From an uncultured archaeon (GTDB lineage Archaea > Hadarchaeota > Hadarchaeia > Hadarchaeales > Hadarchaeaceae): a DNA stretch of 64,000 nt. The notes under the pieces are model-generated. The model was not told the origin of the DNA, did no database searches, and worked only from the letters and a program-made list of their open reading frames with translations. Shown here piece by piece: positions 17,123 through 28,437 of this stretch. Position 1 is the stretch's first letter, and every line of letters begins with the position of its first letter. The stretch spans positions 1-64,000 of the forward strand of contig CAKZTQ010000015.1 of assembly GCA_937921735.1 (NCBI GenBank), written 5' to 3'. The position numbers and the translations under genes were made by a program.

Positions 17123-17244
17123 TGTCCTATTTTAGGACATTACCGATAAGGGAGTTCAAAGCTTTGGGGAAAAGCGACGCCCCATTCCCATTTACGACGC
17201 CTGTCCTATTTGAGACACCCGAGCCCACTGTCCTATTTAGGACA
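17123..17244. repeat. Three copies of a palindrome TGTCCTA-N2/3-TAGGACA
   Basis: 17123-17139 TGTCCTATTTTAGGACA; 17202-17217 TGTCCTATTTGAGACA; 17229-17244 TGTCCTATTTAGGACA. Confidence 0.85.
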
Positions 17245-17312
17245 TCAAATTTTTCGCGGCGCCGGCCTCAGCTATAAATCGAAGGCGGCCGCCATAAAAT
17301 TGGGCGGGAAAG

Positions 17313-19106
17313 ATGACCGCGAGGAGGATCCGTCAGCCGATAATCTCCGTGCTCGGCCACGTCGACCACGGAAAGACCACGCTCCTCGACAAGATCAGGG
17401 GGACCGCCGTCGCCGCGAGGGAGCCCGGGCAGATAACGCAGTGGATAGGTGCCTCCGAGGTTCCCGTCTCGGTGATAGAGAAGGTGTGCGGCAGGCTCAT
17501 CAGCTCGCTCGGCATCAAGCTCACCATCCCGGGCCTCCTGTTCATCGATACCCCGGGCCACGAGGCCTTCACCAACCTCCGCCGTCGAGGCGGGGCGTTG
17601 GCCGACCTCGCCGCCCTCGTGGTAGACGTGACCGAGGGTTTCATGCCGCAGACGCTGGAGTCCCTCATCATCCTGAAGTCCTACCGAACGCCCTTTATGC
17701 TGGTGGCGAACAAGATCGACAAGATCCCCGGCTGGCGCCCGATGCCCGACGCGTGCTTCCTCGATTCGTTCGTTGGGCAGCGAGAGGAAGTAAAGCGGGC
17801 GCTGGACGACGAGGTCTATGAGCTCGTCGGAAAGCTCCACGAGCTCGGCTTCGAGGCGGAGCGCTTCGACCGAGTGAGCGATTTTCGGAGGCAGGTCTGC
17901 ATAGTGCCGACGAGCGCCAGGACGGGCGAGGGCATACCCGAGGTGCTGGCGGTGCTCGCCGGGCTGGCCCAGCGCTTCCTGGAGAGGGAGCTGACGATCG
18001 AGGTCAGCGGCCCCGCGCGAGGGACCGTGCTGGAGGTGAAGGAGGAGGTGGGCATGGGCACCACCATCGACGTGATAATCTACGACGGAACGCTCGCTAG
18101 GGGGGACCAATTCGTGGTGGGGGGACTGGACAGGGTGATCAGGTCCAAGGTGAGGGGATTGCTCCAGCCCAAACCCCTCGACGAGATCCGAGACCCCGAG
18201 GACAGGTTCAGGCCCGTCGAGAGGGTCTTCGCCGCGGCTGGGGTGAAGGTGATAGCCCCTAGCCTAGAAGGCGCGGTCGCGGGAGCTCCCTTCTGGGTCA
18301 TCCAAGAGGAGTCTGACGTGAAGAGATTTCAGGACGAGCTCCAGCGCGAGATGGAGCGCGTGCGCATCCAAGCCGACGTGACGGGCATCGTGCTCAAGGC
18401 GGATGCCCTGGGCTCGCTCGAGGCGCTTGAGGGCCAGCTGAGGGAGCGCGGGGTAACCATCAGGCGAGCCGACATAGGCGACGTCTCGAGGCGGGACGTG
18501 GTGGAGGCGGCGACGGTCGCGGCCAGCGATCCGCTGCTCGGGGTGGTGCTCGCCTTCAACGTCAAGGTGCTGCCCGACGCTCAACAGGAGGCGGAGGAGC
18601 AAGGGGTGACCATCCTGCGAGATGACATCATCTACAAGCTGATGGAGACCTACGAGGCGTGGAGCAAGAAGAAGCGTGAGGAGGTTCGGGCGAGGCGCCT
18701 GGACGCCTTCATAAGGCCGGGCAAGTTGATAATCAAGCCGGGCTTCGTGTTCAGGCGAAGCCGCCCGGCAATAGTGGGCGTGGACGTGCTCGGTGGGGTG
18801 ATCAAGCCCAAGTACCCGGTCATGCGCAAGGACGGCCGACCCGTTGGGGTGATCCACGAGCTCCAGAAGGAGAAGAAAACCCTGCCGGAGGCGAGGTTGG
18901 GCGATGAGCTCGCGGTGTCCATCGAGGGGGCCATCGTCGGCCGACACGTCAGGGAGGGAGATGTCCTATACGTGGACGTGCCGAGGGACCACGCCTTAGC
19001 CCTGAGGACCGAGCTTAAGGACCTGCTGACGGGCGATGAGCTCGCGGTCTTGGACGAGATAATCGCCATCAAGCAGCGCGAGGACCCAACGTATGGGGTG
19101 ATGTAG
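17313..19106 (+). CDS. infB: Translation initiation factor IF-2/aIF5B
   Basis: [24 protein letters not shown]; no intein. Confidence 0.96.
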   Translation: MTARRIRQPIISVLGHVDHGKTTLLDKIRGTAVAAREPGQITQWIGASEVPVSVIEKVCGRLISSLGIKLTIPGLLFIDTPGHEAFTNLRRRGGALADLAALVVDVTEGFMPQTLESLIILKSYRTPFMLVANKIDKIPGWRPMPDACFLDSFVGQREEVKRALDDEVYELVGKLHELGFEAERFDRVSDFRRQVCIVPTSARTGEGIPEVLAVLAGLAQRFLERELTIEVSGPARGTVLEVKEEVGMGTTIDVIIYDGTLARGDQFVVGGLDRVIRSKVRGLLQPKPLDEIRDPEDRFRPVERVFAAAGVKVIAPSLEGAVAGAPFWVIQEESDVKRFQDELQREMERVRIQADVTGIVLKADALGSLEALEGQLRERGVTIRRADIGDVSRRDVVEAATVAASDPLLGVVLAFNVKVLPDAQQEAEEQGVTILRDDIIYKLMETYEAWSKKKREEVRARRLDAFIRPGKLIIKPGFVFRRSRPAIVGVDVLGGVIKPKYPVMRKDGRPVGVIHELQKEKKTLPEARLGDELAVSIEGAIVGRHVREGDVLYVDVPRDHALALRTELKDLLTGDELAVLDEIIAIKQREDPTYGVM

Positions 19107-19200
19107 CAGGGATGGCCATTTTCGTGGTCAATGGGTTAACGAAGGCATGGGTAGCCTTAAAGGGGGATATGAAAAATGTTTACGGTTGAAAGGTGATCCG

Positions 19201-19590
19201 ATGGCGTTCAAGGTCGTGGTCTCCGATCCGGAGACGGGCAGGAGCTACCAGCTCGAGGCCAAGGAGCCGGAGGCGCGGAGGCTCGTGGGCCTAAACATAG
19301 GCGACAAGTTCGACGGGGCCATCGTTGGGCTGCCCGGCTACGAGCTCCAGATCACCGGCGGAACGGACGCGGACGGCTTCCCCATGCGCCCGGATATCGC
19401 GGGGCCGGGGCGAACGAGCGTCCTGCTCTCGAGCGGGCCGGGCTTCAAGCCCAGGAGGAAGGGGGAGCGGAGGCGGAGGCGGGTACGGGGACGTGTGATC
19501 TCGGACGCCATCGTGCAGGTGAACGCCAAGATCGTGAAGAAGGGCGAGAAACCCATCGAGGAGCTCGTTGCCCCTCGGCCGGAAAAGTGA
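19201..19590 (+). CDS. rps6e: Ribosomal protein S6e
   Basis: FKVVVSDP, ITGGTDADGFPM, GERRRRRVRG. Confidence 0.95.
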   Translation: MAFKVVVSDPETGRSYQLEAKEPEARRLVGLNIGDKFDGAIVGLPGYELQITGGTDADGFPMRPDIAGPGRTSVLLSSGPGFKPRRKGERRRRRVRGRVISDAIVQVNAKIVKKGEKPIEELVAPRPEK

Positions 19591-19724
19591 ACTTCTTCGC
19601 GGTTTCGGCGGCGAACGTTCGAACCTCGCTCAAAAACGGGGAGTGAGGGTTTTAGAACTTACCAATTCGATCGAAGGCATCAGCTAAATAAGAGCCGAGG
19701 CTATGATTAGGAGGTGGTGTCGAG

Positions 19725-20948
19725 TTGCCGCAGGCTGTGGTGAACATAGGGCTCGTTGGCCACGTCGACCACGGCAAGACCACCTTGACCGAGGCATTGA
19801 CGGGCATTTGGACGGATACCCACAGCGAGGAGATCAGGCGCGGCATCTCGATTCGCTTGGGTTACGCCGATACCGACTTCAGAAGGTGTCCCGTCTGCGA
19901 GCCCCCCTCCTGCTACACGACGAAGGAGGTTTGCCCGAACTGCGGCTCGAGGACCGAATTTCTGCGCCGCGTTTCCTTCGTCGACTCCCCCGGGCACGAG
20001 ACCCTGATGGCGACCATGCTCTGCGGGGCAGCGATCATGGACGGCGCCCTGCTGGTGATAGCGGCGAACGAGCCCTGTCCCCAACCCCAGACCAAGGAGC
20101 ATCTAATGGCGCTAGACATCGTGGGCGTGCGCAACATCGTGGTGGTGCAGAACAAGATCGAGCTGGTGTCGAGGGAGAGGGCGGCGGAGAATTACAGACA
20201 GATAAGGGAATTCCTAAGGGGCACGCGCGCAAAGGATGCCCCCATCATACCAGTTTCCGCCATCCACCGCGCCAACATAGATGTCCTCATCCAAGCCATA
20301 GAGGAGCACATCCCGACGCCGGAGCGCGACCTCTCCAAGCCCGCCCAGATGTACGTCGCCAGGTCCTTCGACGTCAACCGCCCAGGCACTAAGCCGGAGG
20401 ACCTGGTGGGAGGGGTCATGGGCGGCTCCCTGCTGCAGGGGAGGCTCAGGCTGGGCGAGGAGGTGGAGATCCGCCCGGGTATACAGGTGACGAGGGAGGG
20501 TAGGACGGGTTGGCAGCCGCTGCGGTCGACGATAGTCAATCTCCGGGCTGGGAACGAAGTGCTAGAACAGGCGGTGCCAGGTGGGCTGATCGCGATCGGC
20601 ACCAAGCTGGACCCCTCCCTCACCAAGGGGGATTCCCTCGTGGGCGCCGTGGTGGGCAAGCCGGAGGGCCTGCCACCTGTGGTGGACGAGCTTCACCTCG
20701 ACATCCACCTCATGGAGCGCGTCGTGGGCACCGCGCAGGAGCTCGAGATAAAGCCCTTGGTCACGGGGGAGCCGCTGATGGTAAACGTGGGCACGGCGAC
20801 GACCGTGGGCACCGTGGTGAGCGCGCGGGGCGATAAGGCGGACGTCAAGCTAAAACTGCCCGTCTGCGCGAACGTCGGCGCTCGAGCGGCCATAAGCCGG
20901 AGGATAGCGGGGAGGTGGCGCCTCATAGGTTACGGAATCGTGGGCTGA
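19725..20948 (+). CDS. eif2g: Translation initiation factor 2 gamma subunit
   Basis: [17 protein letters not shown], Zn knuckle, WRLIGYG. Confidence 0.96.
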   Translation: MPQAVVNIGLVGHVDHGKTTLTEALTGIWTDTHSEEIRRGISIRLGYADTDFRRCPVCEPPSCYTTKEVCPNCGSRTEFLRRVSFVDSPGHETLMATMLCGAAIMDGALLVIAANEPCPQPQTKEHLMALDIVGVRNIVVVQNKIELVSRERAAENYRQIREFLRGTRAKDAPIIPVSAIHRANIDVLIQAIEEHIPTPERDLSKPAQMYVARSFDVNRPGTKPEDLVGGVMGGSLLQGRLRLGEEVEIRPGIQVTREGRTGWQPLRSTIVNLRAGNEVLEQAVPGGLIAIGTKLDPSLTKGDSLVGAVVGKPEGLPPVVDELHLDIHLMERVVGTAQELEIKPLVTGEPLMVNVGTATTVGTVVSARGDKADVKLKLPVCANVGARAAISRRIAGRWRLIGYGIVG

Positions 20949-21135
20949 GATGAACCTCCTTGCCGCCCCTTGACACACGTATGTCGCGCGCGCCTGCGGC
21001 GCAACTTTGGATGAAAGGCCCATCGCAAGCGATGACCACTAAGTTAAAAGGGTGGCCCACGCCATCTCAAGCGAGGACCTCCCGATCAAAAACGCTGCGA
21101 GCGGCCCAGCCGACGCGGGGAAGTCGGGTGGAACC

Positions 21136-21528
21136 TTGCCGGAGCTAAGGGTGATCGCCGACACGAGCTTCCTGATGATACCCGGCCTCTACAAGGTGGA
21201 CATCCTGAGCGAGCTGGACAGGCTGCTCGAGCGGAGCTACAGGCTGGTGGTCCCAAAGCCCGCGGTGGACGAGCTCCGAAGGCTCGAGCGGAGAGGCGAC
21301 GCTAGGGAACGCGTAGCCGCCCGCCTGGGGCTCGAGATCGCGGGGCGAGTTGAGGTGGTGGAAGCAGTTGGCCCCGCGGACGAGGCTATACTCGAAATCG
21401 CGGGAAAAGGCGATTGCGCCGTCGCCACCACCGACGCCTCCCTTCGCCGCCGCCTCCGCGAGAGGGGTATTCCAGTAATATATTTACGCCAGAGGTCGCA
21501 CCTTGCAATGGACGGCCAAATTTGGTGA
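21136..21528 (+). CDS. PIN-domain protein (Fcf1/Utp24-like)
   Basis: IADTSFL, ADEAI, VATTD; conserved position after eif2g; start approximate. Confidence 0.85.
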   Translation: MPELRVIADTSFLMIPGLYKVDILSELDRLLERSYRLVVPKPAVDELRRLERRGDARERVAARLGLEIAGRVEVVEAVGPADEAILEIAGKGDCAVATTDASLRRRLRERGIPVIYLRQRSHLAMDGQIW

Positions 21529-21532
21529 TGAC

Positions 21533-23527
21533 ATGCTCCAGATCATCGCTATCGCCGGCCTCGCCGCGTTGGCAATGGCCGCCATCTCGGCGCGCCTCGT
21601 GCTGCGGGAGGACCCAGGCTCGGGACGCATGAGGGAGATCGCGGACGCCATTAGGGAGGGCGCCGTCGCCTACCTGCGTAGGCAGTACACCACCATCTGG
21701 GCGATCGCTCTGGCCATCGCCGCCCTCCTGCTCCTCGCGCCGGGTTGGGGATGGCGGGCCTCCGTCGTCTTCCTGGGGGGCGCCGCATCCTCGACGCTCG
21801 CGGGCTTCGTGGGCATGTACATCGCGGTGAGGGCCAACTCGAGGACCGCGAACGCCGCGAGGGCAGGAGCGGATAAAGCGCTCAAGATAGCATTCCGGGG
21901 AGGGTTGGTGATGGGGATGTCGGTGGTGGGCGTCGGGCTCCTGGGTATCCTCCTCCTCTACCGCTGGCTGCCCGAGCCCACGCTCATCCTCCCCTATTGT
22001 TTCGGCGCCAGCACCGTTGCCCTCTTCGCCAGGGTGGGCGGGGGGATATACACGAAGACCGCCGACGTGGGGGCTGACCTAGTCGGCAAGGTGGAGGCAG
22101 GCATCCCGGAGGACGACCCGAGAAATCCCGCCGTCATCGCCGACAACGTGGGGGACAACGTCGGCGACGTCGCCGGCATGGGGGCGGATCTATTCGAGTC
22201 CTACGCCGCGAGCATAGTGGCCGCGATGATCGTGGGCTACCTCCTCTACGACCGCGGCGTCTACGGCTTGGCCGCCGTCCTGCTCCCGCTGATCATCGCG
22301 GCCGTCGGCATCGCTGCGTCCATCGCCAGCGTGCCCGTCGTCAGGATCAAAAGGGGCAAGGACCCGAGCTACGCGCTAAACACCGCGAGCATAGTGGCCT
22401 GTACCATCACGGCCGCGGGCTCTTTTCTCGTGGCCTGGCACCTCTTCGGCCTATCCCAAGGATGGAGGCTGTTCGTCGCCGTTCTCTCCGGGCTCCTCTC
22501 GGGGCTGGCGATCGGGCTGACCTCGGACTACTTCACGAACAGGATCCATCGCCCCGCCCAGTTCATCGCTAGCTCGGCTAGATCCGGCGCCGCGATAGAC
22601 ATCCTGACCGGTTTCTCGGTGGGCCTCCTCAGCACGGTCCTGCCGATATTATCGATAGCGATCGCGGTGACGGTGGCATATCTAGCTACGGGGGCGGGAA
22701 CGTTGGGGATATACGGCATATGCCTGGCGGGCGTCGGCATGCTCTCGGTCACTGGGATCATCGTCTCCTCCGACGCCTATGGACCTGTGGCCGACAACGC
22801 GGGGGGGATCGTCGAACAATGCGGCTTGCCGAAGAGGATCAGAAGCGTAACCGATACCTTGGACTCGGTGGGCAACACCACCAAGGCGATCTGCAAGGGC
22901 TTTGCGATAGGCTCGGCCGCGCTCACCGCGATAGCCCTTTTCGCTACTTACTCCGAGGTCGCGGGGATCCGGTCCCTCAACCTGTTGGAGCCGAAGGTGG
23001 TGGCCGGACTGTTCCTGGGCGGTGGGGTGGTAGCGTTGTTCTGCGCGCTTACCATCTTAGCCGTGGGGAGGAACGCGTTCAGGATGGTCGAGGAAGTTAG
23101 GAGACAGTTCAAGAGCATCCCCGGCCTAATGGAGGGAAAAGCCAAACCGGACTACGCGAGGTGCATCGATATAGCCACCCGCGGGGCGCTCAGGGAACTC
23201 GTCGTCCCAGGACTCTCCGCGTTGATCATTCCCATCGCGGTAGGCCTGTTGCTGGGCAAAGAAGCGTTAGGGAGCTTCCTAGCGGGTAGCATAGGGGTCG
23301 GCTTGGTGTTCGCGTTGCTCATGGCCAACGCCGGCGGAGCTTGGGACAACGCCAAGAAGTACATAGAGCTCGGGAGGTTCGGCGGCAAGGGTTCGCCCAC
23401 ACACGCCGCGGCCGTGATAGGTGATACCGTCGGCGATCCGTTCAAGGACACCGCCGGCCCGTCGCTCAACATATTGATAAAGCTCATGTCCATAGTGTCG
23501 CTGATAATAGCGCCGTTGTTCGCGTGA
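21533..23527 (+). CDS. hppA: Membrane-bound H+-translocating pyrophosphatase, K+-independent signature
   Basis: DVGADLVGKVE, DNVGDNVGD, GNTTKA (Lys), GDTVGDPFKD. Confidence 0.95.
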   Translation: MLQIIAIAGLAALAMAAISARLVLREDPGSGRMREIADAIREGAVAYLRRQYTTIWAIALAIAALLLLAPGWGWRASVVFLGGAASSTLAGFVGMYIAVRANSRTANAARAGADKALKIAFRGGLVMGMSVVGVGLLGILLLYRWLPEPTLILPYCFGASTVALFARVGGGIYTKTADVGADLVGKVEAGIPEDDPRNPAVIADNVGDNVGDVAGMGADLFESYAASIVAAMIVGYLLYDRGVYGLAAVLLPLIIAAVGIAASIASVPVVRIKRGKDPSYALNTASIVACTITAAGSFLVAWHLFGLSQGWRLFVAVLSGLLSGLAIGLTSDYFTNRIHRPAQFIASSARSGAAIDILTGFSVGLLSTVLPILSIAIAVTVAYLATGAGTLGIYGICLAGVGMLSVTGIIVSSDAYGPVADNAGGIVEQCGLPKRIRSVTDTLDSVGNTTKAICKGFAIGSAALTAIALFATYSEVAGIRSLNLLEPKVVAGLFLGGGVVALFCALTILAVGRNAFRMVEEVRRQFKSIPGLMEGKAKPDYARCIDIATRGALRELVVPGLSALIIPIAVGLLLGKEALGSFLAGSIGVGLVFALLMANAGGAWDNAKKYIELGRFGGKGSPTHAAAVIGDTVGDPFKDTAGPSLNILIKLMSIVSLIIAPLFA

Positions 23528-23569
23528 GGGTTTATATTTGGCGCGCGTGAGATGCTCAGGGGATAAAAG

Positions 23570-24127
23570 ATGTACAAGCTCGTCACCATAAGCGACACGA
23601 TCCGAGTGCCTCCAGACAGGTTTGAGGAGCCCCTCAAGGAGGTGGTCCACGATGTCTTACGTAAGACCTACGAGGGGCTGATGGATAAGGATATAGGCGT
23701 GGTGCTCGCGATCACGGAGGTCAAGGAGATAGGGGTCGGAAGGATAATAATGGGCGATGGGGCGAGCTACCACGACGTCGTGTTCGAGGCGCTCGTATAC
23801 AAGCCCGAGGTCAACGAAGTAGTGCTGGGGGAAGTCGTCGAGATAGTCGAGTTCGGTGCCTTCGTGCGCCTAGGCCCCGTGGATGGCCTAGTACACGTCT
23901 CGCAGGTGATGGACGATTTCGTGGGATACGACAAGAAAAAAGGCGTTCTGTACGGCAAGGAGAGCAAGCGCTCGCTGAAGGAGGGGGACAAGATAAGGGC
24001 TAGGATAGTGACGGTCAGCATGAAAAAGGGAGCGCGCGCCGGCAAGATAGGGCTCACCATGCGCCAGCCTGGATTGGGCAAGCTGGAGTGGATAGAGGAG
24101 GAGCGAAAGGGAGGGGGTAGTAGTTGA
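23570..24127 (+). CDS. rpoE1: RNA polymerase subunit E' (Rpo7)
   Basis: GDGASY, S1 domain FGAFVRLGPVDGLVHVSQ, MRQPGLGK. Confidence 0.95.
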   Translation: MYKLVTISDTIRVPPDRFEEPLKEVVHDVLRKTYEGLMDKDIGVVLAITEVKEIGVGRIIMGDGASYHDVVFEALVYKPEVNEVVLGEVVEIVEFGAFVRLGPVDGLVHVSQVMDDFVGYDKKKGVLYGKESKRSLKEGDKIRARIVTVSMKKGARAGKIGLTMRQPGLGKLEWIEEERKGGGSS

Positions 24128-24309
24128 GCGAGAAGGCCTGTCGTAATTGCCACTCGATCTTCGAGGGCAACACCTGCCCCATCTGTAGGTCCTCCTCTAC
24201 GTCCGATGATTGGTCGGGCTACGTCGTGATACTCGATCCGACGGACTCGAAGATAGCTAAGAAGTTGAACATAACCAAGCCCGGAAGGTACGCCCTGAGG
24301 GTTAGATAA
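24124..24309 (+). CDS. spt4: Transcription elongation factor Spt4
   Basis: ACRNC..CPIC..WSG..PGRYALRVR. Confidence 0.95.
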   Translation: MSEKACRNCHSIFEGNTCPICRSSSTSDDWSGYVVILDPTDSKIAKKLNITKPGRYALRVR

Positions 24310-24310
24310 A

Positions 24311-24811
24311 TTGAGGTTGCCGCCCGAGGCCCGCCCGCTCCTCAAGCGCCCGCTGGGTGAACTCTATACCGACACCGCTTCTGCGATCAAACGTATAGCC
24401 GAGGCGCGCGCGAAGAGGTTGATATCGGTCGGCGACGTTACCACCGCGAGGCTTCTCTCCAATGGCCTTAAACCGGACATAGCGATCGTGGATCTCAAGA
24501 TCATGAGATCCCCAGCCGATCGCGAGGTCGTGCGGACGATCGAAACTTTTGAGGCCAAGACTATTAGGGTGGTAAACCCGGCCGCCACGCTTACAACAGA
24601 GCTCCTAGCCGCTCTCGAAACCGCCAAGCCTCCGCTGAAGATAATAGTGGAAGGGGAGGAGGACCTCGCGACCCTGCCAGCGGTTTTGACCGCGCCCATA
24701 GGATCCATCGTCGTCTACGGGCAACCGAATGAGGGGATGGTGGTGGTGGAGGTCACGAGGGAGAAAAAGCGTGAATTTCAAAAGTTGCTGAAACTCTTCA
24801 AAACCGATTAA
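24311..24811 (+). CDS. GTP-dependent dephospho-CoA kinase (DUF359)
   Basis: LKRPLG, VGDVTT, GEEDLA, YGQPNEG. Confidence 0.9.
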   Translation: MRLPPEARPLLKRPLGELYTDTASAIKRIAEARAKRLISVGDVTTARLLSNGLKPDIAIVDLKIMRSPADREVVRTIETFEAKTIRVVNPAATLTTELLAALETAKPPLKIIVEGEEDLATLPAVLTAPIGSIVVYGQPNEGMVVVEVTREKKREFQKLLKLFKTD

Positions 24812-25064
24812 GGCTTGCCAACCACCTCGAGACACATGCATAAAAAAGAGTGCACTCACGACTTTGCCGACCAGCCTTTGGAGATAGCTTAGGTCCAAAG
24901 GTTATCCGATTTCGCACGTTGTAGAATGGGCGACAAAAAATCGCGCGGGTCTGTCGCAGCTATAACAGCGGTTACGATTTCCATGGGATTTTAAACTCGG
25001 GGGGCCGCGAGTTGGTGAAAGCAAAGGTTATTAAGCGGAGCTCGAAAATTCAAGAGGGTCATTG

Positions 25065-25403
25065 ATGAAGGTAGAGATAATTCAGAGAACGGAGAACCCA
25101 TTGCTTCGACGGACTGAAATTAAATTCAAGGTGGACCATACAGGTGGGCCGACCCCTCCCCGAAAGGATGTCCGAGCCCAATTGGCGGCCCAACTCGGCG
25201 TGTCTGAGGATTTGGTCATAGTCGAGAAAATGGCAAGCCTCTTCGGCCGTCAGCAGGCATCAGGCATAGCCCGCGTCTACGACTCTAGGGAACTACTCGA
25301 GAAGCTAGAGCCGCGGTACCTGCTCAAGCGTAACTTTCCGGAAGGGGTCGAGGGGGCGAAACCCAAAGCGGAACAGAAAGTAGAGGGTGAGAAGGGTGGC
25401 TGA
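25065..25403 (+). CDS. rps24e: Ribosomal protein S24e
   Basis: [24 protein letters not shown]. Confidence 0.93.
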   Translation: MKVEIIQRTENPLLRRTEIKFKVDHTGGPTPPRKDVRAQLAAQLGVSEDLVIVEKMASLFGRQQASGIARVYDSRELLEKLEPRYLLKRNFPEGVEGAKPKAEQKVEGEKGG

Positions 25404-25557
25404 GAAGGCGAGGAAGGCCAGATTATACAAGCTGGAGGGGGAAAAACTTGTGAGGCTGAGGCAGCCGTGTCCTAGGTGCGGCCCGGACGTCTTCATGGCG
25501 GACCATGGAGATAGACTTTCTTGCGGGAAGTGCGGCTACACCGACTTCAAAAAATAG
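25396..25557 (+). CDS. rps27ae: Ribosomal protein S27ae (not in the ORF track)
   Basis: Hand translation: [53 protein letters not shown]. Confidence 0.95.
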   Translation: MAEKARKARLYKLEGEKLVRLRQPCPRCGPDVFMADHGDRLSCGKCGYTDFKK

Positions 25558-25560
25558 CCT

Positions 25561-26856
25561 TTAGATCAACTTCACTGCCGCGCCCAAGACCTCCGAGGAA
25601 ACCCTTTCGAGTTCAGCCGTATTTTCTCTAAGTTCACGCTCTAACTCATCTATCTTTGTCGCCATCGTAATCAACTTCTCCCTAGCTAAGTCGAGCTTCG
25701 CCCTCTTTTCTTGGACGGATTTTTCCAGCTCGGCCCTTCGCCCGTGTAACGTGGACCGTTCATATTCCAACTTTTTCGTCGAAATTTCGCCCAACAGCGC
25801 CCTGTATTCTCCCTGAAGTTTGGACAAGACTCCCGAGCTCAATAGACTTTGAATCTGCCTCAGCCTTTTCTCATGCTCTCTGACTTCCAGCCCCAGCTTT
25901 CCACCTTGGATCAAGCCCAAAAGCTCCCTCAATAAGAGGTTGAGAATGGGGAGACCATCGTCTTCCGAAAGGACGGCCCGCAGCGGGTCGTTTATGTACA
26001 ACTCCAACATTTTGACTGCGCCCCCGTCGAGTCGATGCCCTCCGAGCATCAACGCTTTTTTCATCTTTCTAAACGGGCGGGAGAGCCCGGAAAAAGTGGA
26101 TGAGATCTCATTTTCTACGTCCTTCGCCCTACGCTCGAGCTCCTGTACCTGCTGGTGAAGGTGCTGTAGCTGTATGAGTTCGTGCGCCAAAAAATGCCCT
26201 AGCTCCGATGATCCTTCCTCTAAAGCCCGTTCCAGCGACCTTATCTCCTTTTCTAGCCATTCCCTTTGATCGCGCGCACCCGCTAGACTTTCTAGAATTT
26301 CCCTCCGACGCTGCGAGAGCAAGCATATAGCCTCTAATTTTTGGAGCCCTCGACCCCAACCCTGCAGGAAATCATCAAATCTGGCGGCGAGTTCACCAAA
26401 TCTCTTAACGGATCGGATGAAATTCCTAGTCTGTTTTTCGAAAATGATCGCTGCGTATCTACCATGGACGGCGCTCGCCTCCATCATGGATCTCGCTGCC
26501 CAAAGTACGGAATCGCGAAAATCCAACAGAGCTTGCCATGTCGGATTTTTGGGGATCTCGATGGTGCCGAGCGCACGCATCGCCTTGTTGAAGAGGCTTC
26601 GCCTCGCCCCGTCGCCCATCTTATATAAATTTGGGTATACTTCTTCGGTAGGCTCAGCGCTGCCCAGCGCTTGAACTGCAGCATGAACCTCTTCCCGCGC
26701 GGACGCTATTTCATTTAACTTCGAGGTCACGGATTTCACGAGATCGGAGAGTTTATCTTCCTTCAATTTTTTCGCGAGGCCCTCAAGCTCATCAAGCGTG
26801 AGCTCCTTCACCTCACATGTAGGCACCTTTCTCCAGAAAGGTTTGCGGACAAACAT
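25561..26856 (-). CDS. Hypothetical coiled-coil protein
   Basis: 431-aa ORF rich in L/E/K/R heptads; no motif recognised. Confidence 0.6.
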   Translation of the reverse strand: MFVRKPFWRKVPTCEVKELTLDELEGLAKKLKEDKLSDLVKSVTSKLNEIASAREEVHAAVQALGSAEPTEEVYPNLYKMGDGARRSLFNKAMRALGTIEIPKNPTWQALLDFRDSVLWAARSMMEASAVHGRYAAIIFEKQTRNFIRSVKRFGELAARFDDFLQGWGRGLQKLEAICLLSQRRREILESLAGARDQREWLEKEIRSLERALEEGSSELGHFLAHELIQLQHLHQQVQELERRAKDVENEISSTFSGLSRPFRKMKKALMLGGHRLDGGAVKMLELYINDPLRAVLSEDDGLPILNLLLRELLGLIQGGKLGLEVREHEKRLRQIQSLLSSGVLSKLQGEYRALLGEISTKKLEYERSTLHGRRAELEKSVQEKRAKLDLAREKLITMATKIDELERELRENTAELERVSSEVLGAAVKLI

Positions 26857-26998
26857 CCGGCGGCCGATTTTATTTTGGTAAACCCACGTTTAAATTGGAT
26901 GGGTTTTAAAACTCAAGAGATCGCCCCGTGAGACGTCAATACAAACATTTAAGAGCACCTACAGCTATGTCAACATACCAACAAAGGAGTTGAAAAAG

Positions 26999-27217
26999 GT
27001 GTATAGGCAAAGAAGTGAACGGGGACCACTAGCACCTGTTAGCGTGGGCGAGACCCATACCGTTAAGATCGAAAGCCGTGGGAAGGGCGGCGATGGGATT
27101 GCCCGAATACAGGGGTTTGTGGTCTTCGTGCCCGGCACAAATGTCGGGGATGAGGTAAAGGTTCGGATAAGGGCCGTGCGGCGGAGATTTGCCATAGCTG
27201 AAGTCTCCACGGAATGA
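26999..27217 (+). CDS. Single TRAM-domain RNA-binding protein
   Basis: APV..GE...[15 protein letters not shown]...FAIAE. Confidence 0.92.
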   Translation: MYRQRSERGPLAPVSVGETHTVKIESRGKGGDGIARIQGFVVFVPGTNVGDEVKVRIRAVRRRFAIAEVSTE

Positions 27218-27306
27218 TCTTTTGTAACTAGCTTTGGCTTCACCGTCTAACAGCGGTAGCTAGGACTATCCTCGCTAGAAACATAAGGCCTCCTGACGAG
27301 ATATAA

Positions 27307-28299
<993 letters not shown>

Positions 28300-28357
28300 G
28301 GGAGCCTCGCTTCGTAGAAAATTTTCCCTAGTGCTTTGGCTTCTCCATGAGCGTATA

Positions 28358-28437
28358 CTACCGCTGGAGGTAAACTACCCCAGCTTTCGCGGGAACCGCT
28401 CGCGGTTACTCATCGGTGGAGGAACCTCCAGCGGTAG
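28358..28437. repeat. Perfect 14-bp inverted repeat enclosing a structured 52-nt spacer
   Basis: CTACCGCTGGAGGT (28358-28371) / ACCTCCAGCGGTAG (28424-28437). Confidence 0.8.

Noticed and set aside
17123-17244. Mini-CRISPR or ORB origin repeats
   Set aside because: Repeats are only 16-17 bp with irregular spacing (62 and 11 bp), no cas or cdc6 nearby, and no match to the ORB consensus
24961-24975. TATAACAGCGGTTAC as a sixth operator
   Set aside because: 4-nt spacer, degenerate right arm, and not next to a sulfur gene
28372-28423. Hammerhead ribozyme on the minus strand (CCGAUGAG...CGAAA)
   Set aside because: Core reads CCGAUGA rather than CUGAUGA, and 7 extra nt separate stem I from the core
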